From the IMG/VR virus record IMGVR_UViG_3300036779_000170: a stretch of DNA of 40,875 nucleotides; one strand, 5' to 3'. Under the pieces are notes generated by a model that was not told the DNA's origin, did no database searches, and saw only the letters and a list, made by a program, of their open reading frames with translations. A program made the position numbers and the translations under genes. Within the stretch, counting starts at the first letter, position 1. Each line of letters opens with the position of its first letter. Source of the DNA: a virus. Of this stretch, positions 8,233 through 16,938 are shown piece after piece.

Positions 8233-10302
8233 ATGTTTGGATTTAATGCGTCCGGGCAGTGGGTAAATTTCGACGAGACCAGTAACACTCAAACGAACCA
8301 GACCCAGAACGCGCAGCAAGCCACCACGATTAACGACCCGGCCCTTCAGCAGGCTGCGGACCAGAACCTCGGCTTCGGCATGAATGCCGCCGCTAACTGG
8401 AATCCGACGCTGGCAACCGCTCCGGCGGGGTTCACGCCGGACCAGATTACCGCAATGAATACCGCCCGGGGGCTCGCCGTCGGCGGGCAGGGCAGTAACG
8501 CGATTGATGAGGGCCTGTGGGGCGCGAATAACGCCGTCAGCTATCAGCCGCAGAATGTCACCGGATCAACTTACGATCCATCGCAGATGGCGTCTCAGGG
8601 ATATAACGCATCAACCCTCGGGGGTGCGTCCGGTTATCAGGCGTCACAGGCCGGCCCGGTAGCAGCTGCAGCCGCTCAGGGATACAATGCCTCGCAGTTA
8701 GGGCAGGCACAGGGATATACGGCGGCTTCCGGAACAGCTGACCAGCAGAACCGCGCCAACATCCAGAACGTGGGAGTGCAGTCCGCTGCTTCGCAGCTTC
8801 CTTCCTACCTGCAGGCCTTCGATCCCAGTTATCAGACCAACGTCATCAATGCTTCGATGAACGATCTGGACCGGGCGCGGCAACTGACGCAGCAAAGCAA
8901 CGCCGCGCAGGCGGCGCAGGCCGGCGCTTTTGGCGACTCCCGCGAGGGCGTAATGGACGCTCAGACCAACGACGATTATCTCCGTCAGGTGGCCAGTCTC
9001 AGCGCCAACGAGCGGCAGAGCGGATTCAACACGGCCCTCAGTGCCCTGCAGGGCGACACCTCGAATCAACTGCAGTCGCAACTCGCCAATCAGCAGGCTG
9101 ATATCGGAGTTTCGGCCAACAACGCGGGCTATCAGAATCAGTTCGGGCTCGCCAATCTGAATGCGCAGAACACCGCCCTTCAGTACGGCGCCGGCGCGCA
9201 GAATCAGTTCTCGCAACTGAACCAGCAGGCCACCAATCAGGCGCTGCAGTTCCAGGCCGACGCCGCCAATCAGGCCTCGCAGCAGGCGGCTGGATTGCAG
9301 GCTTCCACCAACCTCGCCAACGCGGCGGCGCAGAACGCGGCAGGCCAGTTCAATGCCACCCAGAACAATCAATACGGCCTCGCCAATCAGAGTGCGCTCA
9401 ATCAGGCCGGACAATACAACTCGCAACTCGGTTTCAACACCGCGCAGAACAACCAGCAGGCGCTGAATCAGGGAGCGCAATACAACGCCGGCAATCTGCA
9501 GCAGGCAAACCTGGCCAATCAGCAGGCGGGTCTTGCGGGGCAGAACGTAAACCTGAATGCGGCGAATTCGCTGTACCAGGGTGGCCAGACCCAGCAAAAC
9601 ATGGGCATGAACAACTACGGCATGCTCAACAGCATCGGTAATCAACAGCAGGCATATAACCAGGCCTACCAGAATACCTACGACGCCAATCAGGCTTTGA
9701 TAAACAATGCCCCTCTGGTGCAACTTGGCATCGGGCAAAGCGCCGTCAGCAACACTCCGTACACCACGGCGGGGACCAGCAGCGGCACGCAAACCGGCAC
9801 CAGCAATACACAGACGCAGGGCAGCCAGAGTACCTACAATGCCAGCGGTGGTTTCAGCCTTTCCGACATTCGGCTGAAGACTGACATCAAGCCGATGACC
9901 GGAACGAAGCCTGTTGTCTCAATGCCGGTAACGAGGAGAACTATGATTGGCCGACCTGTAGCCGTAAGAACTCCGGTTGGACCGGCGGTCGCGACGCCGG
10001 TCATCAGAAGCACTTCGCTGGGCCTGCCGGAAGTCAGCAAACCCGCTGTCGCCGATCCCATGAAGGCCGTGCATAAACTTAAGCCGGTTACCTTCCGCTG
10101 GAAAGGCACGGGTCAGCCGGATGCGGGATTTTCTGCACAAAATATCGAAGAGGCTCATCCCGCCGCCGCCAGGCAACTGCCAAACGGCCTCAAGGGTTAT
10201 TCGCTTCCTGCCGTGGTCGGACTGCTTACAGCCGGCCTGCAGCACCTCGATAAAAAGGTCTCAAAGAAGCAGGGCCTGCTCGAAGCGGGAGCGGCGGCGT
10301 AA
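8233..10302 (+). CDS. Q/N-rich fibre/needle protein with a C-terminal S74-type intramolecular chaperone domain
   Basis: AAGGAGG lies 7 nt upstream. About 400 aa of Q/N/A-rich heptad-like sequence. The C-terminus SDIRLKTDI...LKPVTFRWK...GFSAQNIEEAHP...GYSLPAVVGLLTAGLQHLDKKV resembles the auto-cleaving chaperone domain of fibres and endosialidases. Confidence 0.7.
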   Translation: MFGFNASGQWVNFDETSNTQTNQTQNAQQATTINDPALQQAADQNLGFGMNAAANWNPTLATAPAGFTPDQITAMNTARGLAVGGQGSNAIDEGLWGANNAVSYQPQNVTGSTYDPSQMASQGYNASTLGGASGYQASQAGPVAAAAAQGYNASQLGQAQGYTAASGTADQQNRANIQNVGVQSAASQLPSYLQAFDPSYQTNVINASMNDLDRARQLTQQSNAAQAAQAGAFGDSREGVMDAQTNDDYLRQVASLSANERQSGFNTALSALQGDTSNQLQSQLANQQADIGVSANNAGYQNQFGLANLNAQNTALQYGAGAQNQFSQLNQQATNQALQFQADAANQASQQAAGLQASTNLANAAAQNAAGQFNATQNNQYGLANQSALNQAGQYNSQLGFNTAQNNQQALNQGAQYNAGNLQQANLANQQAGLAGQNVNLNAANSLYQGGQTQQNMGMNNYGMLNSIGNQQQAYNQAYQNTYDANQALINNAPLVQLGIGQSAVSNTPYTTAGTSSGTQTGTSNTQTQGSQSTYNASGGFSLSDIRLKTDIKPMTGTKPVVSMPVTRRTMIGRPVAVRTPVGPAVATPVIRSTSLGLPEVSKPAVADPMKAVHKLKPVTFRWKGTGQPDAGFSAQNIEEAHPAAARQLPNGLKGYSLPAVVGLLTAGLQHLDKKVSKKQGLLEAGAAA

Positions 10303-12167
10303 TGGGACTGCTCGATATGTTCGCCCGCAAGCCGCAGGATCCGGATGCCTGGTATAACAGCATCAACCCGGGCCTGCTGTCTCAGATGACGGGGATGGAC
10401 AGCTCGTCCGATCCCACCTACGGGCTGCTCAACAGCCAGAACACGGCCTATCAGCAGAACTACCCGGCGGGGCCGCAGGATCTCACCTCCGCAGTTCCGG
10501 GAAGACCGGATATACCGCAGGTCGGTTCGCCACCGCCTGACTCAAGCGGAGGCGCACCCGCGCCTGACCAGAGCGCGCCACTCCCTCCCGCTCAAAACGG
10601 ACCACCCCCGCCAGTGCAGCCGCTGCCTTCGCTGGCGCCGAATGCTCCCGTCATGCAGACGCCCGCAATGCCCACCTCAGGGCCGGAACAACTCACCGAC
10701 CAGCAGCGGAAGTATCTGGCCAAGACGTATAAGGAAGCGGTCGGCAACAAGTTCATGGACGTTCTGCTTGCGCCGCCCGGGCAGCAGCCCTCCATGCTCG
10801 ACAAGATGGCGAAGTACAACCAGGTTGTCACCGAAACTCTGGCGAATCAGCAGGTGGCGAATCAGCGTCCGCTGCTGAACGAATTCAGGGACAAGATGAT
10901 TGCCGCCGGCGGCGATCAGGAGAAGATGAAGCAACTGGTCGGCACTTATGCTCCGGTGATCGGCGCGCAGGCCGCCGATCAAATGTCGCAGACCATAATG
11001 CGACTGTTTCCGCAAAACGAGGCCTTTGGGTCACCCTTTGCAATGAAGGACCCGAAGACAGGGCAAACTGTTCAGGGTGTGATGACAAAGAGGGGGCAGG
11101 CCATTCCTACCGGGGCGTTGGTGGCGCCCGATCTGTTTGATGCGCCGGACGGGACTATTATGGACCGCCACGATCCGTCCTTCAAGATTGATGCCGGGTC
11201 CCCCGAGATGCAGGCATACAAATACAACCTGGCCCATGGGAAAACTCCCATGGAGTCGTTCACCCTGGTTAAGGAAGCGGGCAAAGCCGATCCAAAGACA
11301 ACCGCGCCGAAAATCTTCACGTCCGGTAACGTTCTGATGCAGCAGATGCCGGACGGCACCATTAAGCCGTTGGTGGACCCAGGCACCGGGAAGCCGCTGG
11401 CCAAAGCTGCAACGGCACAGGGGCCGGTGATAAACCTGTCGCCGGATGCTCAACAGATGCTCGCGCAACAGGCTCTTAGTGGTGGCCCGGTACCTTCGTT
11501 TGGCATGCGCGGTGGAGCGACTATAGCTGATATTTACAACAAAGCTGCGACAATGCAACCCGGCGCCGATCTCGCCGGGGCGAAGATGGACTTCGCGGCG
11601 AATAAAGCTACGATCAGTAATCTCCAGAAGCAACAGGCTGTAGTGACTGCTTTCGAGAACACTGCATCAAAGAACCTCGATCTTGCGAACTCGCTTTCCG
11701 CGAAGGTGGACCGCACAGGGTCTCCGGTGATTAACCGCTACCTTCTCCAACTCAAGGGGCAGTACGCTGGCGACACCGACACCCAGTTGCTGAACAACGC
11801 GGTTGAAACGGCTGCCTCGGAATACGCCAAGGTCATGTCCGGCGGCATGGGCAATATAGCCGTAACCGATTCAGCGCGGCAGCATGCCAGGGAAATGCTC
11901 TCATCCGCAATGAGTAAAGGCACGCTGTCCCAGGCCGTTGCGCTGATGAAGCAGGAAATGGGCAATCGCAACGCCGGCTACAACGATGAAATGGCGGCGC
12001 TCAGAGCGGGCAGGGTTCCGCAGCAGGGACCGCCGGCACCTGGTGGTACCCAATCAGGCGGTCGGGTTGTTCCGATAGTTCAGCAGAGCCCGTCAACGAA
12101 AGCATTTCGATATTCCATGGATGGAGGTAAAACATGGCAACCGGGCCGACCACCGCTCCAGCAGTAA
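10302..12167 (+). CDS. Large proline-rich virion protein (internal/ejection protein candidate)
   Basis: TAATG overlap with the upstream gene. 621 aa with a P-rich N-terminal third. Function is inferred from position only. Confidence 0.6.
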   Translation: MGLLDMFARKPQDPDAWYNSINPGLLSQMTGMDSSSDPTYGLLNSQNTAYQQNYPAGPQDLTSAVPGRPDIPQVGSPPPDSSGGAPAPDQSAPLPPAQNGPPPPVQPLPSLAPNAPVMQTPAMPTSGPEQLTDQQRKYLAKTYKEAVGNKFMDVLLAPPGQQPSMLDKMAKYNQVVTETLANQQVANQRPLLNEFRDKMIAAGGDQEKMKQLVGTYAPVIGAQAADQMSQTIMRLFPQNEAFGSPFAMKDPKTGQTVQGVMTKRGQAIPTGALVAPDLFDAPDGTIMDRHDPSFKIDAGSPEMQAYKYNLAHGKTPMESFTLVKEAGKADPKTTAPKIFTSGNVLMQQMPDGTIKPLVDPGTGKPLAKAATAQGPVINLSPDAQQMLAQQALSGGPVPSFGMRGGATIADIYNKAATMQPGADLAGAKMDFAANKATISNLQKQQAVVTAFENTASKNLDLANSLSAKVDRTGSPVINRYLLQLKGQYAGDTDTQLLNNAVETAASEYAKVMSGGMGNIAVTDSARQHAREMLSSAMSKGTLSQAVALMKQEMGNRNAGYNDEMAALRAGRVPQQGPPAPGGTQSGGRVVPIVQQSPSTKAFRYSMDGGKTWQPGRPPLQQ

Positions 12168-13111
12168 ATGACTGGCAGACTGTCAGCGGCCCCGATGACT
12201 GGCAAACCGTCAGCGGGCCTGGTGACTGGCAGACTGTCACCGCAACGCAGCCGCAGCCCGGTGCCTCGAAGCCCGGTTTCATGGATTCCTTTCTGCAGGG
12301 CATCAACCCGCTGAACTCCATCCCGGCGGCGGTGAAAGGTGCATGGGACAGTCTCACTCCAGCCGCAGTCGAAGGCACCAACGCGCTTAACTCCATTACT
12401 CCCGCAGAATGGGCAGCGCATCAACAATCGCTGCAGTCGCGCCGCGCTCAGATTGCCGGGGGCGCCACTCAGCCTGGCATAAAGCCGGGATTGCCTGATT
12501 TTCCGGATGCGCCATCCACTGGCGCCACGGCAGGCCAGTTGGCGGCGACTGGAGTCAACACGGCGGCACTGGGCCTTCTCGCAGAAGGTGCATTGCGTGG
12601 ATACGGTGCGCTTCCAAGCACCGTGCGAGCCGCTGGCAACTTCGACAAGGTGATGGCTGCCGCCGCCAATGAGCCTATCAATGTCGGCCCGGCGGGTGAT
12701 GCTGCATTGCGAGCGCAGCAACTCGCCGATGCGGGAGCAACCCGGCCAAAGATTGTGGGTAACTTTCTGAAGGCCGTGACTGATCCGAATGCGCCGCCGA
12801 TGACCTACGCTGAGGGGCGCGATTTCGCGAGTAATGCTGGTCGCCTGTCTGCCACTGAAAGACAGGCAGCCAATCCCCCGATGCAGCGGCAGGTGTCGAT
12901 CCTGGCAAGGGCGCTCAACGACGCCAACGAGGAGGCGGCGAATCGCGCCGGGGTTGGCAATGAGTACCGTGCGGCAATGGCCGAATACCGAAAGGCACAG
13001 CAGTTAAAGAGCGCAGCGCAGATCGGCGGCAAAATTATCGGCGGCGGTCTGCTCGGCTACGGCCTGTTGAATCAGGGCAAAAGCTATTTGAAAGGACTGC
13101 TCGAACCATGA
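12134..13111 (+). CDS. Virion protein with N-terminal DWQTVSGP x3 repeats and a C-terminal hydrophobic segment
   Basis: ORF track entry. Tandem 27-nt repeats at 12170-12250. C-terminal IGGKIIGGGLLGYGLL. Confidence 0.55.
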   Translation: MATGPTTAPAVNDWQTVSGPDDWQTVSGPGDWQTVTATQPQPGASKPGFMDSFLQGINPLNSIPAAVKGAWDSLTPAAVEGTNALNSITPAEWAAHQQSLQSRRAQIAGGATQPGIKPGLPDFPDAPSTGATAGQLAATGVNTAALGLLAEGALRGYGALPSTVRAAGNFDKVMAAAANEPINVGPAGDAALRAQQLADAGATRPKIVGNFLKAVTDPNAPPMTYAEGRDFASNAGRLSATERQAANPPMQRQVSILARALNDANEEAANRAGVGNEYRAAMAEYRKAQQLKSAAQIGGKIIGGGLLGYGLLNQGKSYLKGLLEP

Positions 13112-13290
13112 AGAAAAACGACGTCGAAAACGAACATCCGAAAACACACGTGTCGAAGGTGGAAGACGATCCGCGCTACAAGGCCATGGTCGAATTCGTG
13201 AAATGGAGCTACGACCGGTCGCGCTTCAACGACCACGAAATCCGCATGCGAACAACGAATTTGCTGCGGGAGATCGGGGAAATGGAATGA
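13108..13290 (+). CDS. Small hypothetical protein
   Basis: ATGA overlaps at both ends. Confidence 0.5.
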   Translation: MKKNDVENEHPKTHVSKVEDDPRYKAMVEFVKWSYDRSRFNDHEIRMRTTNLLREIGEME

Positions 13291-13748
13291 GCCTGTTCAC
13301 CGACCTCTACACCACGCTCAAGCAGCAACCGGGCGACGACCAAATCGGCGGCAACGTGCCGCTGAGTGTGGCCGCCGGTCAGGGAAGCGGCAGCAGCGCT
13401 GGCGGTGCCGGCATAATGCAGCAGCCCGCCAGCGCAGCGGGTTCGTCTTTCTCTTCGCAGTACATGCCGAAAATCGGCGGGTTCACAAGTGGCAGCGGCT
13501 TCAGCATGCCGAGACCGCAGGCTCCCGCCATGCCGCAAATGAACGCGCCGCCGCAGCCGTCCAACCTCGGGTTCAGGCCAACTCCGACGCCGCCGCCAAC
13601 TATGGCGCAGCCGCAGAATATAGTGCCGCAGAACCTGGGGCCGCAAGTGCCGGGGGCACCCGTTACGCCGATTCCGCAGGGGGCGCCGCTGATGGCGCAG
13701 CAGGCTATTTCGAATCCATACCAGCAGCGAGGGTTGCTTCAGCAATAA
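13287..13748 (+). CDS. P/Q-rich protein, last gene of the virion operon
   Basis: The internal ATG overlaps the upstream TGA. MSLFTDLYTTLKQQPGDD..., then low-complexity P/Q/A sequence. Confidence 0.5.
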   Translation: MSLFTDLYTTLKQQPGDDQIGGNVPLSVAAGQGSGSSAGGAGIMQQPASAAGSSFSSQYMPKIGGFTSGSGFSMPRPQAPAMPQMNAPPQPSNLGFRPTPTPPPTMAQPQNIVPQNLGPQVPGAPVTPIPQGAPLMAQQAISNPYQQRGLLQQ

Positions 13749-13916
13749 GAGAAATCAAAGGCTCGAAAGAGCGCTCAAGGGCATCATTTCATCCCCAAAT
13801 AATTTCACCGCGCAGGCAGGTTAAATTGATTTGTCCTTACAGTCCACTCAGGCCCGTGCGAACAATTACGAAGGCTAAAACATCGAAAACATTCAGGGTT
13901 TTCAATGATTTTCCCA

Positions 13917-13946
13917 TTGACACGGCCTGAGTTTCGGCATTAGGAT
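13917..13946 (+). promoter_or_regulatory. Sigma70-like promoter candidate with an embedded GGCCTGA half-site
   Basis: TTGACA (13917-13922), an 18-nt spacer, then TAGGAT (13941-13946), in the 550-bp non-coding leader ahead of the erf operon. Confidence 0.4.
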
Positions 13947-14054
13947 TCATGCACAGGCAGTTTGGACTCGTAAAAGTCTCTGCCGTGAACCGACAGATCT
14001 TTCACACCGCAAAAATAGATCTGCGGACTCCAAAAAGGAATTAAGCGAGTGTGT

Positions 14055-14312
14055 ATGCGACTCCCACTAAACACCGGGCAGGGCGAAGCTCTGCGCATTT
14101 TTCGGAATGATTGCCATAAATTGCGCTGTCGGCAGGACGATGCGGCAATAAAGCGCTCTCTTGAAGTATGGCGAAGCCTCGCCATGGCGGCCAGAACCAT
14201 TCGGGAAAATGTTCCACCCTGCCAGGAGCGCTCAACTGCATTTTCATTTCTCAGCGAGATCGGAAACCTGTGCAGCGAGGCGATTGTGGAGGAAGCGTCC
14301 AATGGTCAATGA
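14055..14312 (+). CDS. Possible small helical protein at the head of the recombination operon
   Basis: ATG within ORF 14049-14312. Overlaps the erf start by 11 nt. Modest third-position GC, so coding status is uncertain. Confidence 0.3.
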   Translation: MRLPLNTGQGEALRIFRNDCHKLRCRQDDAAIKRSLEVWRSLAMAARTIRENVPPCQERSTAFSFLSEIGNLCSEAIVEEASNGQ

Positions 14313-15027
14313 AGTCGCGGTAAGAGACGCGCCGCAGCAGCAGTCCAATGCTGACCTGATGGCGGTGATTTCGCGGGCGGCTGCAGACCCCTCTGTCGAT
14401 ATTTCAAAGATGGAGCGTCTGGTTGCGCTGAAAATGCAACTGGACCACGACGAGCGCGAGCGGCTGTTCTCCGGTGCCCTGGGCCGCGTGCAGGCGCTCA
14501 TTCCTCCCATCGGCAAACATGGACGCACCGACAAGGCGACCTACGCCAAACTGGAGGACATCGACAGAGCCATCCGGCCTCTATATGCGGCGGAAGGATT
14601 CTCGCTGACCTTCAACACCGACTTTCAGGAAGGCCGGGTTCTGATGACCGCCAAACTGCGGCACCGGGACGGGCACTTCGAAGAGAAGTTCCTGACGCTG
14701 CCGGTAGACACCGGCGCGGGCCGCAATGCTATTCAGGCGGTCGGTTCCACCGTCTCCTACGGACGTCGGCATCTGACGAAGATGCTTTTCAATATCGTCG
14801 AGACCGACGAGGACGACGACGGCAGGGGCGTGCCGCTGAAAGTCTCCATTGAGCAGGCGAAATACCTGGAGGAACTACTGGAAGATCTCGGCGGTGATCG
14901 GCAGAAGTTTCTCGACTGGCTGAAGGTCGGCAACTTCACCGACATCAGCGAGACCGACTACGGCAAGGCGGAAAAGTTCCTGGCCAGAAAGCGCGACGAA
15001 AAAGCCAAAGCCGGGAGCCAGAAATGA
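14302..15027 (+). CDS. erf: Erf-family single-strand annealing protein
   Basis: ATG lies 8 nt after GGAGG. Contains ATYAKLEDIDRAIRPLYAAEGFSL and NAIQAVGSTVSYGRRHLTKMLFNIVETDEDDDG, typical ERF signatures. Confidence 0.8.
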   Translation: MVNEVAVRDAPQQQSNADLMAVISRAAADPSVDISKMERLVALKMQLDHDERERLFSGALGRVQALIPPIGKHGRTDKATYAKLEDIDRAIRPLYAAEGFSLTFNTDFQEGRVLMTAKLRHRDGHFEEKFLTLPVDTGAGRNAIQAVGSTVSYGRRHLTKMLFNIVETDEDDDGRGVPLKVSIEQAKYLEELLEDLGGDRQKFLDWLKVGNFTDISETDYGKAEKFLARKRDEKAKAGSQK

Positions 15028-15395
15028 AGCCCCTGTCTGAGGTCAGAACCGCGCGCGATGTCATCGAAAGAGCCGCCGACATCGCGGCGCGATTCGACCA
15101 TGCCGATCCCATTCAGGTTTGGTACTGCGCTCCCATGGAGAACCGCCTTCTGTGGGCGCTTTGCGGCGCCGCCTACCCGGGCTCGACCAGCCACTGGAAT
15201 GACTTCAGGGCGGCGTGGTGGGCGGACCACCTGCGCATTCGCGGGATGGATGTCGAAGTACAGGCCATCGTGCGCAAGTACCTGGACGAGCCGCCTCTGG
15301 ATTCACGCTACCTGCTGCTGGACCCGCGCTACCGGCTGATCCAGTCAGCCGATCTGGCGGACCTGCTGCGCTCCTGCGTGGTGGCAGCGCAATGA
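15024..15395 (+). CDS. Hypothetical protein
   Basis: ATGA overlaps at both ends. Confidence 0.55.
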   Translation: MKPLSEVRTARDVIERAADIAARFDHADPIQVWYCAPMENRLLWALCGAAYPGSTSHWNDFRAAWWADHLRIRGMDVEVQAIVRKYLDEPPLDSRYLLLDPRYRLIQSADLADLLRSCVVAAQ

Positions 15396-16132
15396 TCGTG
15401 CATGGTTGCCTTCAGCAAGGAAGCAGGGAGTGGCTTCAGGCGAGATGCGGCATTCCCACAAGTTCCGAGTTCGGGCGGATCGTTACTCCCGGCGGCGCGC
15501 TCTCCAAATCCGCTGACGGGTATATGCACGACCTGCTGGCGGAACGCATGCTTGACGAACCCCTGGTGCGAGCCGTTTCGATGGCCATGCAAAGAGGCTC
15601 GGAGCATGAAGCCGAAGCCGTCGCGTATTACGAAATGGAGCGCTCCGTCGACACCGTGACAGTCGGCTTCATTACCAACGACGAAGGCACCATCGGCGCC
15701 TCTCCGGATCGGCTGGTGGGTGATGACGGCCTGCTGGAAATCAAAGTGCCGAGCCCCGGCACCCATGTCAGTTACCTGCTTAACGCCACCGGCGCCGGCG
15801 ATTACTACAAGGCGCAAACGCAGGGTCAACTCTGGGTCACCGGGCGCGCATGGGTCGACATTATGTCCTACAATCCGGGCCTTCCCGAGGCCCTCGTGCG
15901 GTTCGAACGCGACGAGGAATACATCGGGAAACTCGCTGCTGCAGTTACTGAGTTCTCTTCCCGCCTCGAATCCTTTACCGCGATGTTCCGCGAGCGCGGC
16001 TGGATTACGGTGCAGAAAGAACCGCCGGCGGAACGGCCCGACGAGCCCAGGCTGTGGCTGACCGACGAAGACCTCGAATGGGCGCTCACGCGATCTATCG
16101 AAATCCACCAAAAGCAGGCGACCGGACAATGA
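15392..16132 (+). CDS. YqaJ/lambda-Exo-type recombination exonuclease
   Basis: MIVHGCLQQGSREWLQARCGIPTSSEF..., ASPDRLVGDDGLLEIKVP, QTQGQLWVTG. The internal ATG overlaps the upstream TGA. Confidence 0.8.
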   Translation: MIVHGCLQQGSREWLQARCGIPTSSEFGRIVTPGGALSKSADGYMHDLLAERMLDEPLVRAVSMAMQRGSEHEAEAVAYYEMERSVDTVTVGFITNDEGTIGASPDRLVGDDGLLEIKVPSPGTHVSYLLNATGAGDYYKAQTQGQLWVTGRAWVDIMSYNPGLPEALVRFERDEEYIGKLAAAVTEFSSRLESFTAMFRERGWITVQKEPPAERPDEPRLWLTDEDLEWALTRSIEIHQKQATGQ

Positions 16133-16635
16133 ACCTTTTGAGTTTAGACCCGGGCACCACCCAGACGGCTTGGATCCAATGGGACGGGCAGCGCATTGTG
16201 CGCATGGGCATGACCAGTAACGAGGGTGTGATCTCGATCTGCCGCCTGCACGACTCCACCAGGAATACGACCCTGGCTATCGAGCAGATTGCCTGTTACG
16301 GGATGCCGGTCGGCGCCGAAGTATTTGAGACCGCCGTTTGGAGCGGGCGCTTCATCCAGGCCTGCGAGCATAGCCGGATCATGCGCATCCCGCGCAAAGA
16401 GATTTGTCTGCACCTGTGCGGTTCGCCGCGCGCGAAGGACGGCAATATCCGCCAGGCACTGATCGACCGGCTGGGGCCACAGGGGACGAAGAAACACCCG
16501 GGTGCTACGTATGGCGTGTCGAAACACCTGTGGGCGGCCCTCGCAGTAGCCTTAACCGCCAGCGACCGCCTGCGGGGCGAAGTGGTTGCAGTGGAAACGC
16601 CGGCGCGTTATCCGGCGTCAGTGGAAGTCAATTAA
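16129..16635 (+). CDS. RuvC-like Holliday junction resolvase
   Basis: MNLLSLDPGTTQTAW..., LAIEQIACYG, AKDGNIRQALIDR. ATGA overlap with the exonuclease gene. Confidence 0.7.
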   Translation: MNLLSLDPGTTQTAWIQWDGQRIVRMGMTSNEGVISICRLHDSTRNTTLAIEQIACYGMPVGAEVFETAVWSGRFIQACEHSRIMRIPRKEICLHLCGSPRAKDGNIRQALIDRLGPQGTKKHPGATYGVSKHLWAALAVALTASDRLRGEVVAVETPARYPASVEVN

Positions 16636-16923
16636 ATGCCGGTGGGGGTGAGCTTCGTCGCTTACATTGGCCGCCGAAAGCACAACAGCAGGCCGGAGGC
16701 TAAAAGGCGCGCGGCAAAGGCCGCAAGAGCCGCGTACTGGCAGCGGTACAAAGAGGTCGGCAGGCTCAGGAGGTTTGACAGGACTGTGCCGACGACCCCG
16801 TGGAAGGGCCTCACGCTGTACCGGTTGTGCGAGGTGGTCGGGCTGAAGCTCAGCGCTCAGTCCACGCTGGATCCGGAGGCGCTGTATCGCCTCACGGGCA
16901 AGTGCAGTACAGACAGGAGGTAA
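16636..16923 (+). CDS. Small basic hypothetical protein
   Basis: The ATG directly follows the upstream TAA. Confidence 0.5.
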   Translation: MPVGVSFVAYIGRRKHNSRPEAKRRAAKAARAAYWQRYKEVGRLRRFDRTVPTTPWKGLTLYRLCEVVGLKLSAQSTLDPEALYRLTGKCSTDRR

Positions 16924-16938
16924 ATCGGTCGGGTAAAG

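Noticed and set aside
8698-9792. 364-aa minus-strand ORF.
   Set aside because: It is antisense to the Q/N-rich fibre gene. Its L/R/G/V-rich composition mirrors the sense repeats, and it has no start context. This is a typical shadow ORF in GC-rich DNA.
13209-13745. 178-aa minus-strand ORF mirroring 13203-13748.
   Set aside because: The P/Q-rich low-complexity sense gene keeps the opposite strand open. The sense strand fits the operon through ATGA coupling.
13940-14302. 120-aa minus-strand ORF in the erf leader as a divergently transcribed repressor.
   Set aside because: It has no HTH-like segment and a poor composition. It runs through the hairpin and palindrome elements, and its start overlaps the erf start.
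15329-16129. 266-aa minus-strand ORF, and similar long antisense ORFs at 4212-5093, 6126-6834 and 39084-39830.
   Set aside because: Each lies fully opposite a gene with clear motifs (exonuclease, structural protein, fibre, portal). The compositions are those of off-strand GC-rich translation.
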